Source of the DNA: Candidatus Sumerlaeia bacterium
Lineage (GTDB): Bacteria; Sumerlaeota; Sumerlaeia; SLMS01; JANRJK01
Assembly (NCBI GenBank): GCA_033764015.1
Contig: JANRJK010000017.1
Location: 32,001-96,000, forward strand
DNA: 64,000 bases
Direction of reading: 5' to 3'
Position numbers and translations under genes: made by a program. The notes beneath the pieces were generated by a model. That model saw nothing but the letters and a program-made list of their open reading frames with translations, searched no databases and was not told the DNA's origin. Positions 22,889-32,968 of this stretch are shown piece after piece; position 1 is the stretch's first letter; every line of letters begins with the position of its first letter.

Positions 22889-23805
22889 CGCAGGCGTTCC
22901 ATGCGCGCGAACAGCGATTCCATCTCCAGCCGCCCCTCGTCGCCGTCGAAATGGGACCACAGGAACCCGAACTCCTGCCGCAGCTTCGAATCCTGCATCC
23001 GGCACCGTTCCGAGGCAAGCGCCACGGCGTCGCGAAGCGTCTGGTCGACCGGCTCCGGCGCATGCGCCAAGTCCCCTTCCAGCCGCGCCAGGTGGTTGTG
23101 CCGGTCCGTCACGCCGCCCAGCGTGTCCTGCATCGTGGTCGCGTCCGCGATGAGGGGATCGAGCAGCCCGCCGTAGCTCGGGTTGAAGTATTCCGCCGTG
23201 TAGCGCAGGCGCTTGAAGAGGATCCGCAGCTCGTGGAGCTGGGGCACCGCCGGGTCCGGGGGGAGTTCCGCGTGGTACTCGACCACGCGCCGCCGGGCGC
23301 GGCGGAGCGCGCGGGGGCAGGCCTTGCGCATCGGGGTGTCGCGGGGGCTCGAAAGCCCCTCCGCCATCCGCGCCATGCCGCGGGCCAGCTCGAGGAACAG
23401 GCGCAGCCGCTCGCGCGGCGCCGAGTCCAGGAACGCCGCCAGCGCCGCGTCGCGGTGCCGCTGGTGCCCTTCGAGCAGCGGCTCGATCGCGTCGATCTTC
23501 AGCTTTCGGGCCCAGATGATGAACACGTCCTCGTCGCGGACCTCGCCGAGCGTTTGCGCGATCCAGCGGAGTTCGTTGTTCACGGGCGCCACCGCGTCGC
23601 GCCCGCCGAGTTCGTCGCGGAACACGCGCAGCGCGGCGCGCAGGCGGCGCGTCGCCACCCGCGCGTCGTGGATCGATTCCTCCGTGCGTGTGTCGAGGAC
23701 CAGCGGGAGCAGTTCCGAGAGCTGGTCGAGGAAGAACGACATGGTGCGCGCCGCGAAGGCGCGCATGCTGGTGTCGAGCGCGAGGGCGGGAACCGCGACG
23801 GGCAT
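22885..23805 (-). CDS. CHAD domain (polyphosphate-binding) protein
   Basis: IHDARVATRRLRAAL, LGEVRDEDV, LHELRILFKRLRY, QDTLG. Confidence 0.9.
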   Translation of the reverse strand: MPVAVPALALDTSMRAFAARTMSFFLDQLSELLPLVLDTRTEESIHDARVATRRLRAALRVFRDELGGRDAVAPVNNELRWIAQTLGEVRDEDVFIIWARKLKIDAIEPLLEGHQRHRDAALAAFLDSAPRERLRLFLELARGMARMAEGLSSPRDTPMRKACPRALRRARRRVVEYHAELPPDPAVPQLHELRILFKRLRYTAEYFNPSYGGLLDPLIADATTMQDTLGGVTDRHNHLARLEGDLAHAPEPVDQTLRDAVALASERCRMQDSKLRQEFGFLWSHFDGDEGRLEMESLFARMERLR

Positions 23806-23839
23806 CGGGACCGGTCCCGTGGGGGGCCGCGGCGGCGCC

Positions 23840-24256
23840 TTAGGCGCCGCGCAGTTCCGCGATCACGTCGTTGGCGTCGGCCTTGTCGTCCGGGTCCTGC
23901 ACGCTCTTGGCGTACAGCTCCAGCGTGGCGAGGGCCTTCGCCTTGTCGCCCTTCTTCGCGTAGCAGACGGCCAGGTTGTAGACCGCCTCGAGGAGGTTCA
24001 CGTCCTTCGACGCGGCTTCCGAGAAGTGCGTGATCGCCTCGTCCCAGCGCTCGCCCTTGGCGGAGGCGATGCCGAGGTTGTAGATGTCGGCGGGGGTCTG
24101 CAGGGTGAAGCCGAGCTTCTTCATCGCGACCGACTTCTCGTCGAGCGGCAGCGAGTGGATGAGCGTCCAGCCGTAGAGGCTGAGCGCCTCCTTGGGGTTC
24201 TTCTCGAAGGCGGCGCGGAAGCGGTTCAACTCGCGGTCGTACAGGTCGCCATGCAT
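23840..24256 (-). CDS. Small tetratricopeptide repeat protein
   Basis: YNLGIA...EAITHF and AVYNLAVCYAKKG TPR motifs; start may be 24256 or 24265. Confidence 0.8.
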   Translation of the reverse strand: MHGDLYDRELNRFRAAFEKNPKEALSLYGWTLIHSLPLDEKSVAMKKLGFTLQTPADIYNLGIASAKGERWDEAITHFSEAASKDVNLLEAVYNLAVCYAKKGDKAKALATLELYAKSVQDPDDKADANDVIAELRGA

Positions 24257-24486
24257 GGTGGGCATTTTCCGTCCAGGATTCCTTGGGTGCGTTCGGGGGG
24301 CCGCCGGTTTCCCATGGCGGTCGTGGATGCTGGTTCGGTCGCCCGCTTCGGGTCAATGCGCGTTCCGCGCCTCGCCGCCCGCCGAATTGCCGGATTTGCG
24401 GTTGCCGACTCCGCCCCCCCGTGTGGTCCCCTCTTCCCACGGGACGGCTTGCTGCGTCCCAACCCCCGATCCGGAGGCGCGGCGCC

Positions 24487-26724
24487 TTGGCTGATGTTCA
24501 GGTGGACGTCCGAGAACGACTCTTCGAGGCAATGCAGGAGAAGCGCTGGGACGAATTCGACGAACTTTGGTTGCAGGTGACGGAGGGCGAGCGCCTCCCC
24601 CTCCAGCTCCATGAGCAGATCATCGCGCGGCTGCTCCGCAAAAAGCAGTCCCTCAAGCTCGCGGACATCTACTCGGTCCTCTTCGACGCCAAGCTGAAGG
24701 ACGGCCAGGCGGAGTGGGTCTACGAGCTGATCCAGCTCGTCCTCGCCCTCGAGCCCACCAGCGATTTCGTCCGCCCGCACCTGCTCAAGGCGCTCGAGAG
24801 CATCCATGCGCCCCGCGGCGCGGAGCGCGTCGAGGAGTACCTCATCGAAAGCGGCCTCACGACCAACGCCCCCGACATCCGCAAGTGCCTCTCGCGCTTC
24901 GAGGAGCTGGTGGGCGCCACGAAGGGCCAGGTGTTCCGCCACCGCTCCTGGGGCCTCGGCGTCGTCCGCGAGCTCGATGTCGCCACCAACAGCGTCGTCA
25001 TCGACTTCGAGCTGTCGCCCAACAAGAAGCTCACCCTCGAGGGCGTGCGACAGTTCCTCGAGCGCGTCCCCAAGGACCACATCCACGCGCGCATGGCCGC
25101 GGACCGCAACACGCTGAAGGCCGAGGCGAAGGAGGATCCCGCGGCGCTCATGCGCGCGGTCCTCAAGTACTCGCTCGACAAGCGCGTGAAGGTCGCCGAC
25201 CTCAAGCGCCTCCTCACCACCCGCTTCTGGACCGAGGACGAGTACAAGAAGTGGTGGCCGACCGCCCGCGAGGCGCTCAAGCTCGACCCCTACATCGACC
25301 TTGTCGGCGCCGGCTCGAACGCCACCCTCGTGCTGCGCACCACCCCGCGTTCCTTTGTCGACACCGTTATCGATATCCTCGCGAAGCCGAAGAGCACCGC
25401 GGCGCTCCGCGCGGCGATCAAGGACATCTCGATGCATGGCGAGGACGCGGAGCTGTCCGAAGAGGACCGCCAACGCGTGTTCGACCTCTTCGCCAAGTCC
25501 GGCGCGGCGACCCCCGACGCGGAGCGCCTCGCGCGCGGCCTGCTCTTCGAGGAGTTCCCCGACGTGTTCGGCGAGCGGGAGAACCCCTTCCCGATCGATC
25601 CGCTGCTGGGCGCGATGCCCCTCGGCGACGCGCTCGACGCGGCGCAGCTCCCGGAACTCCGCCGCGTGGCGCTCGACCACTACATCCGGCTCAATCCCGA
25701 AACCTGGGCGGCCGACACCGCCGAGGCGTTCGCGCATCTCGACAGCCGCTCCGCAGCATGGGTCGCCGCGGAGATGAAGAAGAAGGGCTACGAAACGGAA
25801 CGGCGCCACTCCGTCGAAACCGTCCTCGGACGCCCGGACGAGAACCCGGAGCTCCTGCTCTGGGTGGTCCGCAACATCTTCGAAGGCGTGCTCGATGTGG
25901 GCGGCGACCTGACGAGGCCGGTGCTTCTCGCGGAGGAGCTGCTCTCGCTCCTCGACGAGTACTACGACATCAGCACCAGCGACTCGGCCCCCGCCGAGCG
26001 GGTCGCCGAGGCGAAGAACATCGTCCAGCGCATCCGCGCCTTCCTCCAGGAGGGCCACGCGAAGCACATGAAGCGGGTGGTTAACTCGAGCACGCCGGAG
26101 GAGGCGCGCAAGCTCCTCATCCGCGCGCAGCTCCACAGCGGACTCGCCGGACCCTTCAAGGAGAACATCGAGCGCATGGTGTTCTCGGTGCATCCCGAGC
26201 TGCGCCGCGCCAGCAAGTCCGAAGAGGAGGAGGAGCGCAAGAAGCCCTCCTTCCACTACACGCTCCAGCCCTCCCTCGACGCCAAGCGCCAGCACCTCTC
26301 GCACATCATGTCGTGCGAGATCCCCGCCTGCGCCGAGGCGATCGCCGCGGCCCGCGCGCTCGGCGACCTGAAGGAGAACGCGGAGTACCACGCCGCCAAG
26401 GAGCGGCAGAAGATGTTCATGCAGACCGCCTCCGAGCTGGAGGACCTGATCGCCCGCGCGCGCATCATCGACCTGGACCGCGTCCAGGCGAACGTTTCGC
26501 GCTTCGGCACGCGGCTCCGGCTGCGCCGGCCGGAAAGCGGCGAAGAGGTCGACTACACGCTCCTCGGCATGTGGGAGGCGGACGCCCGCCAGAACATCAT
26601 CTCCTACATGACGCCGCTCGGCTCGCAGTTGATGAACCGCGCGGCGGGCGACCGCTTCACGGTCGTGCTGCCGGACGGCCGCAAGGAAGACTACGAGGTG
26701 CTGAAGGTCGAGGCGCTGCGCTAA
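24487..26724 (+). CDS. greA: Transcription elongation factor GreA with large N-terminal extension
   Basis: C-terminal ARALGDLKENAEYHAAKE and ISYMTPLGSQL; TTG start with GGAGG RBS; about 590-aa helical N-terminal region including HRSWGLGVV. Confidence 0.85.
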   Translation: MADVQVDVRERLFEAMQEKRWDEFDELWLQVTEGERLPLQLHEQIIARLLRKKQSLKLADIYSVLFDAKLKDGQAEWVYELIQLVLALEPTSDFVRPHLLKALESIHAPRGAERVEEYLIESGLTTNAPDIRKCLSRFEELVGATKGQVFRHRSWGLGVVRELDVATNSVVIDFELSPNKKLTLEGVRQFLERVPKDHIHARMAADRNTLKAEAKEDPAALMRAVLKYSLDKRVKVADLKRLLTTRFWTEDEYKKWWPTAREALKLDPYIDLVGAGSNATLVLRTTPRSFVDTVIDILAKPKSTAALRAAIKDISMHGEDAELSEEDRQRVFDLFAKSGAATPDAERLARGLLFEEFPDVFGERENPFPIDPLLGAMPLGDALDAAQLPELRRVALDHYIRLNPETWAADTAEAFAHLDSRSAAWVAAEMKKKGYETERRHSVETVLGRPDENPELLLWVVRNIFEGVLDVGGDLTRPVLLAEELLSLLDEYYDISTSDSAPAERVAEAKNIVQRIRAFLQEGHAKHMKRVVNSSTPEEARKLLIRAQLHSGLAGPFKENIERMVFSVHPELRRASKSEEEEERKKPSFHYTLQPSLDAKRQHLSHIMSCEIPACAEAIAAARALGDLKENAEYHAAKERQKMFMQTASELEDLIARARIIDLDRVQANVSRFGTRLRLRRPESGEEVDYTLLGMWEADARQNIISYMTPLGSQLMNRAAGDRFTVVLPDGRKEDYEVLKVEALR

Positions 26725-26768
26725 GGCGCGGCGCCCCGGCCCCACCGGAACGGGGTCCCTCGGGGGCG

Positions 26769-27176
26769 ATGGCAACGCACGCCGCACCGGGCGGAGAGGA
26801 CGGCCAGCCCCCCCAAGGGCGTCCGCGGAACCGCGCCCTGGACGCCACGGTTTTCCTGGTGATCCTCGCCCTCGGCGGCGCCGTCGTCTACATCAGCCCC
26901 TACAACATCGCCGAGTCGATCCTGAGCCCCTACGGCGCCTTCGTGGTCATCGTCATGGTGATCGAGTACCTGGTCATCAAGAGCGGCGACCGCACCCGCG
27001 CCTACCAGTTCGAGAACTCCAAGCACAAGGAGCAGCGTCGGAAGCTCGACCGCGCCCTTCGCGAGGCCGAGGCGCTGCTGGGGGAGATCCCCGTCGAGGG
27101 CGACGACGCCGCGCCGATCCCGAAGGAGGTCCGCGCCCGCATCGTGGCGCTCCGGGAAAAGCTCCGGAACCTCTGA
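26769..27176 (+). CDS. Hypothetical two-TM membrane protein with charged tail
   Basis: Two hydrophobic helices then a charged helix; typical codon usage. Confidence 0.7.
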   Translation: MATHAAPGGEDGQPPQGRPRNRALDATVFLVILALGGAVVYISPYNIAESILSPYGAFVVIVMVIEYLVIKSGDRTRAYQFENSKHKEQRRKLDRALREAEALLGEIPVEGDDAAPIPKEVRARIVALREKLRNL

Positions 27177-27186
27177 CCGTCGCCTC

Positions 27187-27693
27187 TTACTTCTTCTTCG
27201 GCCTCTCCGGGCGCGGCGCGGCGAGCGCCTTCTCGTACCCGGCGATGAACGCCTCCGCGGTCACCCGCCGGAACGCCTCGCCGATCACTTCGAGAGCCAG
27301 GTCCTCCGCCCGCTTGAAGCGGATGCAGCACTTCCCCATGTCGAGCTTCTTCCCCGTGGCGGCCCACGCCGCCTTGAACCACTCCGCGTGCGCGTTGCCG
27401 TCCGTCGGCACGTCGCCGCCGCAGCCGTTGTAGACGCTCATCAGGTAGAGCGAGTTGTAGTTCTTCTGCGCCGCCAGCGACGCCACCGGCAGCGGCTGCT
27501 TCGGATCGCAGTGGTATCCCTTCGGATAGACCGAATGCGGAATCACATAGCCGATCATTCCGTAGGCCATCTCCTCGCGGATGAGCGGATCAAGGTTCGC
27601 AAGGACCACTTCTCGGACGGTTGAAATCGCCGCGCGGCGCGCGTCCGGGAGCTGGGTGAGGTACTCCTCGACGGTTGCGGCGTTGCTTTGCAT
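27187..27693 (-). CDS. DUF1801 (YdhG-like) domain protein
   Basis: TVEEYL, YGMIGYVIPHSVYPKGYHC, QKNYNSLY, DMGKCCIRFK. Confidence 0.88.
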   Translation of the reverse strand: MQSNAATVEEYLTQLPDARRAAISTVREVVLANLDPLIREEMAYGMIGYVIPHSVYPKGYHCDPKQPLPVASLAAQKNYNSLYLMSVYNGCGGDVPTDGNAHAEWFKAAWAATGKKLDMGKCCIRFKRAEDLALEVIGEAFRRVTAEAFIAGYEKALAAPRPERPKKK

Positions 27694-27760
27694 GCGTGCG
27701 CCTTTTGCGATGGGATCCATCCGAAACTGGCGCATCCCCTCGCGTCGCGCAAGCGCCGTG

Positions 27761-29389
27761 TCACCCTAGCCGCGCCACCGCCGGGTACCGGCCGGGGATG
27801 CGCAGCGTTGGCAGCGAATCCAGCAGCCGCGCGGGCGCCCCGGTTCCGTAGTTCAGCAGCAGCGGTGCGAGCAGGCCCAGGCGCCGCTCCTGCGGCTCGC
27901 CGAACGGCGCCAGCGCGTCGAGGACCTTGCGGCGCTGCGCGTCGAGCGTGTCCGCGCGCCGGGCCCGGACGGCGGCGACGCGCTCCTCGAGCCTCGCGGC
28001 GTTTTGCGCCAGCGAATCGCGCAGCTTCGCCGCCCCCTTCGCAACCGCCTCGTCGCCCGCGTCGGGACCCAGTTCCGCGATCCATGCGTCGAGCGCCGCG
28101 CCTAGGTGCCCGGCGAGCCCGACCGATCCGGCCCCGCCGCCGCCGGGGGAGAGGCGCGATTCGAGCAACGCGGGCGTCAGCGCCGCCGCGCCGGTCGGCG
28201 AAAGATCGAACTTGGCGAGCGCCCGCTCGATGCGCGGCTCCAATAGAAGCAGCGACGGCCGCGGCAGCACCGCGGGACGCGGCACCCCGAGGAGGTCGTA
28301 GAGCGGACCGATCTGCGCGTGGTACACGGCCTCGCCCGGCCCCGCCACGTAGCCAAGCGTCGGAAGCGCGAGGTCCTGCACGAGAGGGCGTGTCGCCGCG
28401 TTGGGCGACCAGTGCCGCCAGTGCTCGGCGAGATCCGCCTCCAACTCCGCCGCGCTCCAACGCGCCAGCGTCTCCTTCGAGGCGGGATGCGTGAGCGCGT
28501 AGCCGTCCCCGGACCGCACCGCCTTCGCGCGGACGAGCGCGCCGGGGGGTCCCCACTCCCGGAAGTAGTTCAGCTCCGTGCCGTCGCGGTGGATCGCCTC
28601 AAGGCCGAAGCGCTCCCGTAACGCCGCCGCCCGCTCGGCGAGCAGCGTGGTCGCCAAGCCGTTCGTGGCGAGTTCCCGGCGGAACACCTCGGCGCCGCGG
28701 CGGCGGAGGAAACCGAGGCGCGGCACCACCGGCACGATGCCGAGAGCCCCGAGGAGCTGGTTGAAGACGGTCGCGAAGTGCGACTCGAGGGTGCCACCCG
28801 CGCGTTTCAGCAGCTCCGATAGTTCCGGGCTGAACCCGGTCGCGCGCGTCGAGCCGGTGAAGTCCGCGAGGAACGCGTCCCATTGCTCCGGCGCGATCGG
28901 CAGATCGTGGATCGGCGCGCCGACGCGGCCGTCCGGTTGGGCCAACCGGTGCTCGCGGGGCCGCCCCTCCGCATCGAGCCAACAGGTTGCGGCGGCTTCG
29001 GCGAAGTCGTGGTCGTCCGAGGCGATCCAGAACACCGGGACCACCGGACGCGCCGTGGCCCGCTCCAACTCCGCCGCCCAGCGCGCGGTCGCGAGCGCCT
29101 TGTGGAGCGTGTACAGCGGGCCAAGCCCGAGACCCGCCTGTTGGCCGGTTGCGACGCAAAGCGTATCCGGTTCGGCGAAGAGCCTGGCGCGGGCGCGCAC
29201 TTGGTCGCCGGCGCCGTGCGCCGCGAGCCACCCGTCCCACTCGTCCATTTCTTCGGCGGTGGGGGGCTCCCAGCCGCGGCGCGCGCGCTCGGCGAGGATG
29301 CCGGAAAAATCGAAGGCCGGCCCCCGGTACCAGGGCCGGACCTCCGCGTCTCCATCGATGTAGGCGGCGAGCCATTCGGCGGGTGTCAC
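27761..29389 (-). CDS. bshC: Bacillithiol biosynthesis cysteine-adding enzyme
   Basis: ATGQQAGL..GPLYTLHKA, VPVFWIASDDHDFAE, SPNAATRPLVQD..LPT..YVAGPGE..Y, PQER. Confidence 0.88.
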   Translation of the reverse strand: MTPAEWLAAYIDGDAEVRPWYRGPAFDFSGILAERARRGWEPPTAEEMDEWDGWLAAHGAGDQVRARARLFAEPDTLCVATGQQAGLGLGPLYTLHKALATARWAAELERATARPVVPVFWIASDDHDFAEAAATCWLDAEGRPREHRLAQPDGRVGAPIHDLPIAPEQWDAFLADFTGSTRATGFSPELSELLKRAGGTLESHFATVFNQLLGALGIVPVVPRLGFLRRRGAEVFRRELATNGLATTLLAERAAALRERFGLEAIHRDGTELNYFREWGPPGALVRAKAVRSGDGYALTHPASKETLARWSAAELEADLAEHWRHWSPNAATRPLVQDLALPTLGYVAGPGEAVYHAQIGPLYDLLGVPRPAVLPRPSLLLLEPRIERALAKFDLSPTGAAALTPALLESRLSPGGGGAGSVGLAGHLGAALDAWIAELGPDAGDEAVAKGAAKLRDSLAQNAARLEERVAAVRARRADTLDAQRRKVLDALAPFGEPQERRLGLLAPLLLNYGTGAPARLLDSLPTLRIPGRYPAVARLG

Positions 29390-30504
29390 TCGGGAGGTGC
29401 GCCTTCCTCTCCGACCGGCGCCGCCTCGGCGCCGCCGCCGGAATCCCCGGCCTCGGGCGTCGGCTCCGGAGTCGGCGTGGGCGCCGGCGTCGGCGGCGGC
29501 GCGAATAGCGAATCGGGCGACGCGCGCAGGGCGAAGAAGTTGCCGATAATGAATGGGTCCTCGACAGTTGAGGCGCGGGCGAAATGTTGATTCTGCCGCT
29601 CCGGCACCGGCTGGCCGATGGTCAGTGTCATCGGTTCCTCGATGTCGCGGACCTTCACGGTCAGTTCGATGGTGGTCGTCGTGAAGAACTCGTCGCCCGC
29701 TGGCTCGTCAAGGAACTCGTCTGCCATGAGGAGCGGGATCGCGCGGGCGATCTGGTCGCCGGAGCCCTTCCGCGCTTCCTCGGACTTGTCGCCCGCGGTC
29801 GCCCGCCAGCGCCCTTCGTATTCGTTGTCGCCGCCGCCGAGGTACTCGAGCACGAAGCCGCCCCCGGCGGCCCCGTCCCCGCGCACCTCGACGCGCTCGA
29901 TCGTGTCCCACGCGGCGTCGGGCATCACCTTGCGCTCGCGCCACTCGGCGGCCGTTCGCGCGGAGAAGTTGTTCTCGAGGGCGAGCGGCGCCTGGTAGCT
30001 CCGCGTGCCTTCGGGCGGGCGGACGAACGTTGTCCCGCGCGGCTGCGTGCCGGCCTTCCCGATGAACAGCGTCTCTAGCACCGCGTCGCCATCGCCGCGG
30101 AAGGTCGCCTTCACCGCGGTGGCGGCGTCGAGCCCGAGCCGCGCCCACGATGCTTCGCTCTCGGCGACCGCGGTCGCGGGCACGGGACCGGTGAACTCCG
30201 GGTTTCCCTCTTGGTTGTTTTCGATGGACCGCGCGCGCTCGCGGTCCACGCGTCGGAGGCCCTTCGGGGTCTCGACCTTCCAGAGGCCCTCCTGCTTGCG
30301 GAGGACCACGGGCTCCTGGCCCTCGCGCTCGACGACCACCGACCGCAGCGTGTCGGCGTTCACCTTGCCGAGGTACTCGCGCGATTCGGCCTGCGCGGCG
30401 ATCGTGGAGACGCGGGCGGCGGGGGTGTCGGGGCGCAGCAGGACCGCGAGCGCGGCCAGCGCCGCGGCGGCCGCGCCGAGCGCGGCGAGCGACTTCATGT
30501 TCAT
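29386..30504 (-). CDS. DUF4340 domain protein
   Basis: N-terminal anchor, LFIGK, EWRERK; follows a GldG-like gene. Confidence 0.75.
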   Translation of the reverse strand: MNMKSLAALGAAAAALAALAVLLRPDTPAARVSTIAAQAESREYLGKVNADTLRSVVVEREGQEPVVLRKQEGLWKVETPKGLRRVDRERARSIENNQEGNPEFTGPVPATAVAESEASWARLGLDAATAVKATFRGDGDAVLETLFIGKAGTQPRGTTFVRPPEGTRSYQAPLALENNFSARTAAEWRERKVMPDAAWDTIERVEVRGDGAAGGGFVLEYLGGGDNEYEGRWRATAGDKSEEARKGSGDQIARAIPLLMADEFLDEPAGDEFFTTTTIELTVKVRDIEEPMTLTIGQPVPERQNQHFARASTVEDPFIIGNFFALRASPDSLFAPPPTPAPTPTPEPTPEAGDSGGGAEAAPVGEEGAPPE

Positions 30505-32192
30505 CGGGCGTACTCCTTCGCGAGGCTGTTGAGGCGGACGCGGCGCGCGGCGCCCCAGGCGAGTCCGAACAACGCGAGCCCCACCGGGGCCGCGAGCGTG
30601 CCGAGCAGGCGGCTCCTACCGCGCTCCTCCTCCGAAAGGCCCGCGCGCAGGAAGGACACCTCGACCCGCCGGGACCTGATCCGCGTCAGGTCGTCGCCTA
30701 CGCTGAAGGTCTCCGTCAGGTTCTGCAGGAACGCGACCGTCGACGACGCCAGGTTCGGATCGAGGTTAGAAATCTGCTGGAGGATCTGGCCGCTGAATGC
30801 GTATGGCGAACCGATCACCACCAGCTTCGCGCCTTCCTCCGCCGTTTCACGGTAGACCGGCGGCTGGTAGCGGGTAGACCGGACGAAGAGCGAAGGATCA
30901 TCCATCCTTCTCGCATCCTCGCCTGGAGGGATATCCTCCCGCTTGAAGAAGGACTTGAATGGACCTTCCAGGATTACGGCCACCGGCACCTTGCGCGTCT
31001 CGCCCGGCGCCTTTGCGCCCGGCGCGGGTTGCTGCAAGTCGAAGGGCGGCGTGGTCTGCGTGTCGCCGGCCTCCGTCGTGGTCAGGAGCAGTTCGCCCCG
31101 GAAGCCCTCCGGCATCGGATCGGGTAGGGCGACTTCCGACGCAAGCGGCGCCAGGACTCGCTGGACTCGGCGAAGCGCAGGATAGGTGCCCGAGATGTTC
31201 TCCTGAATCACGACCGGAAAAATGGGGTTGGGCGACAGCTCCGCCAGGCGCAAACCCCCGCGGCGGCCCACTTCCATCGGCGTCCGCAGCGACGACTCCC
31301 AGTCGCGCACCAGCGCCGCCCGAAGGTCCACGCCGTAGTGCCGGACCAGATCGCGGAAGTTCGGCGCCGTCGCGGAGTCCTGGAACATCGCGAGTTGATT
31401 CTCGTAGTCCTCGCCGCCCACAAGCGCCACCACGGGAACGCCCGAGAGAAGCGTCTGGTCGATCTCGTACATCTGCCTCGGGGTGAGGCGCGCCGGCGCC
31501 GAGACGACGGCGAGCGACACCCCCGGCGGCATGAAGATCGGCTTCCCCCCGCTCGCGTCGATCACCACGGGCTCGTAGAGGTCCACTAGGCCGAAACGCT
31601 CGAGCGAGGACGCGAGGGTGAAGAACTCCTTCTGCGGGGAGTTGTCGATGAAGGCGACCACCGGCCGCTTGTCCATGGTGAGGCGAATCACCGCCCGCGC
31701 CACCTTGTACTCGAATTCCTCAGCCATCGGAATCTCCATCACCTCGGTCTTGTCGAGGTGCTGGAAGGCCATATGGAAATAGACGTTCCGGACGGTGAGC
31801 TGGTTGCGCTCCATCACCTGCATCTGCTGCGGCTCGATGCCGAGGCGCTCCAGTTCCTCGAGGCGCTTCTCCTCCTCCTCGTTGGTCATCGCCACGGCGG
31901 CGATGCGCAGTTGCGGGACCTTGCTCGCGAGCTCGCGCAGCATGTCCTCCGCCGTCTGCCGCGGGGCGAGGAGCTGCGGCGGCAGGTCGGGCGAGACATA
32001 CAGCGTGACGTTCAGCGCGTCGGTGATCCGGCCCGCGATCTCCTCGAGCTCCGGCGAAACCGAGAGGCTCTTGTCGCGCGTGAGGTCGAACCGGGTGTTT
32101 TTCGTGTAGAGCAGTACATTGACGGCGACCGCCGCGACCGCGAACAGCAGGATCGAGACGACCGCCGCGAGGCGTTGCGCGTTCTTGTTCAT
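30501..32192 (-). CDS. GldG-like ABC transporter auxiliary component
   Basis: N-terminal TM, RFDLTRDKSLSVS, EYKVARAV, C-terminal TM. Confidence 0.82.
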   Translation of the reverse strand: MNKNAQRLAAVVSILLFAVAAVAVNVLLYTKNTRFDLTRDKSLSVSPELEEIAGRITDALNVTLYVSPDLPPQLLAPRQTAEDMLRELASKVPQLRIAAVAMTNEEEEKRLEELERLGIEPQQMQVMERNQLTVRNVYFHMAFQHLDKTEVMEIPMAEEFEYKVARAVIRLTMDKRPVVAFIDNSPQKEFFTLASSLERFGLVDLYEPVVIDASGGKPIFMPPGVSLAVVSAPARLTPRQMYEIDQTLLSGVPVVALVGGEDYENQLAMFQDSATAPNFRDLVRHYGVDLRAALVRDWESSLRTPMEVGRRGGLRLAELSPNPIFPVVIQENISGTYPALRRVQRVLAPLASEVALPDPMPEGFRGELLLTTTEAGDTQTTPPFDLQQPAPGAKAPGETRKVPVAVILEGPFKSFFKREDIPPGEDARRMDDPSLFVRSTRYQPPVYRETAEEGAKLVVIGSPYAFSGQILQQISNLDPNLASSTVAFLQNLTETFSVGDDLTRIRSRRVEVSFLRAGLSEEERGRSRLLGTLAAPVGLALFGLAWGAARRVRLNSLAKEYAR

Positions 32193-32208
32193 CTGGTTCC
32201 CCCTCCGC

Positions 32209-32943
32209 TCAGCGCCAGCGGCGGCTGTCGAGAATGCGCACCGTGGCGAACAGCATCACCGCCACGAAGCTTGCCGTGTAGAGCACCGTCCGCGTGTCCA
32301 CCACCCCGCGGATCACCCCGTCGAGGTGCGCGCCGAGGCCGATGTAGGCGAAGAACGGCACCACCGCCTCGGGGAGGCTGCGCAGCACGCCCGGGGCCCC
32401 CACCATGAAGATGCCGAAGCAGAACGTGATCCCCATGATGAAGGCGACGATCTGGTTCTTGGTGAGGGCGGAGACCATGTTCGCGATCGCGAGGTAGATC
32501 GCCCCCATCATCGCCATGCCGAGGTAGGCGCCCCAGACGGGCCCGAAGTCCATCGGCGTCTTCTCGTCGGCGAGCCCGGCGACGATCGCCGCCACCGGGG
32601 CGGTCAGCGCCAGCGCCAGCAGGACCACCAGGAGCGCCGCCAGGTACTTGCCCAGCACCGCCTCCCACTCGCGCACGGGAAGCGTCATCAGCAGCTCGAC
32701 CGTGCCGGTCTTGTGCTCCTCGGCCCAGAGCCGCATCGCCACCGCCGGCACGAAGACCAGCAGCAGCAGCGGCATCACCGAAAAGAGCGCGTCGAGCCGC
32801 GCGAAGTTCTGGGTCCAGAAGGCGGACTGGTGGAACAGCACCCAGCCGCACATCGAGACGAAGACCACCAGGAAGATGTAGAGGGCGGGCGAGTTCAGAT
32901 AGCCGCGGAACTCGCGCCCGAAGATCCGGAGCGTAGTGCCCAT
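32209..32943 (-). CDS. GldF-like ABC-2 permease
   Basis: REFRGYLNSP, PAVAMRLWAEEHKTGTVELLMTLPV, VLGKYLA, SALTKNQIVAF. Confidence 0.9.
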   Translation of the reverse strand: MGTTLRIFGREFRGYLNSPALYIFLVVFVSMCGWVLFHQSAFWTQNFARLDALFSVMPLLLLVFVPAVAMRLWAEEHKTGTVELLMTLPVREWEAVLGKYLAALLVVLLALALTAPVAAIVAGLADEKTPMDFGPVWGAYLGMAMMGAIYLAIANMVSALTKNQIVAFIMGITFCFGIFMVGAPGVLRSLPEAVVPFFAYIGLGAHLDGVIRGVVDTRTVLYTASFVAVMLFATVRILDSRRWR

Positions 32944-32968
32944 CGCGTCGTGACTCCTGCTTGTTTCC

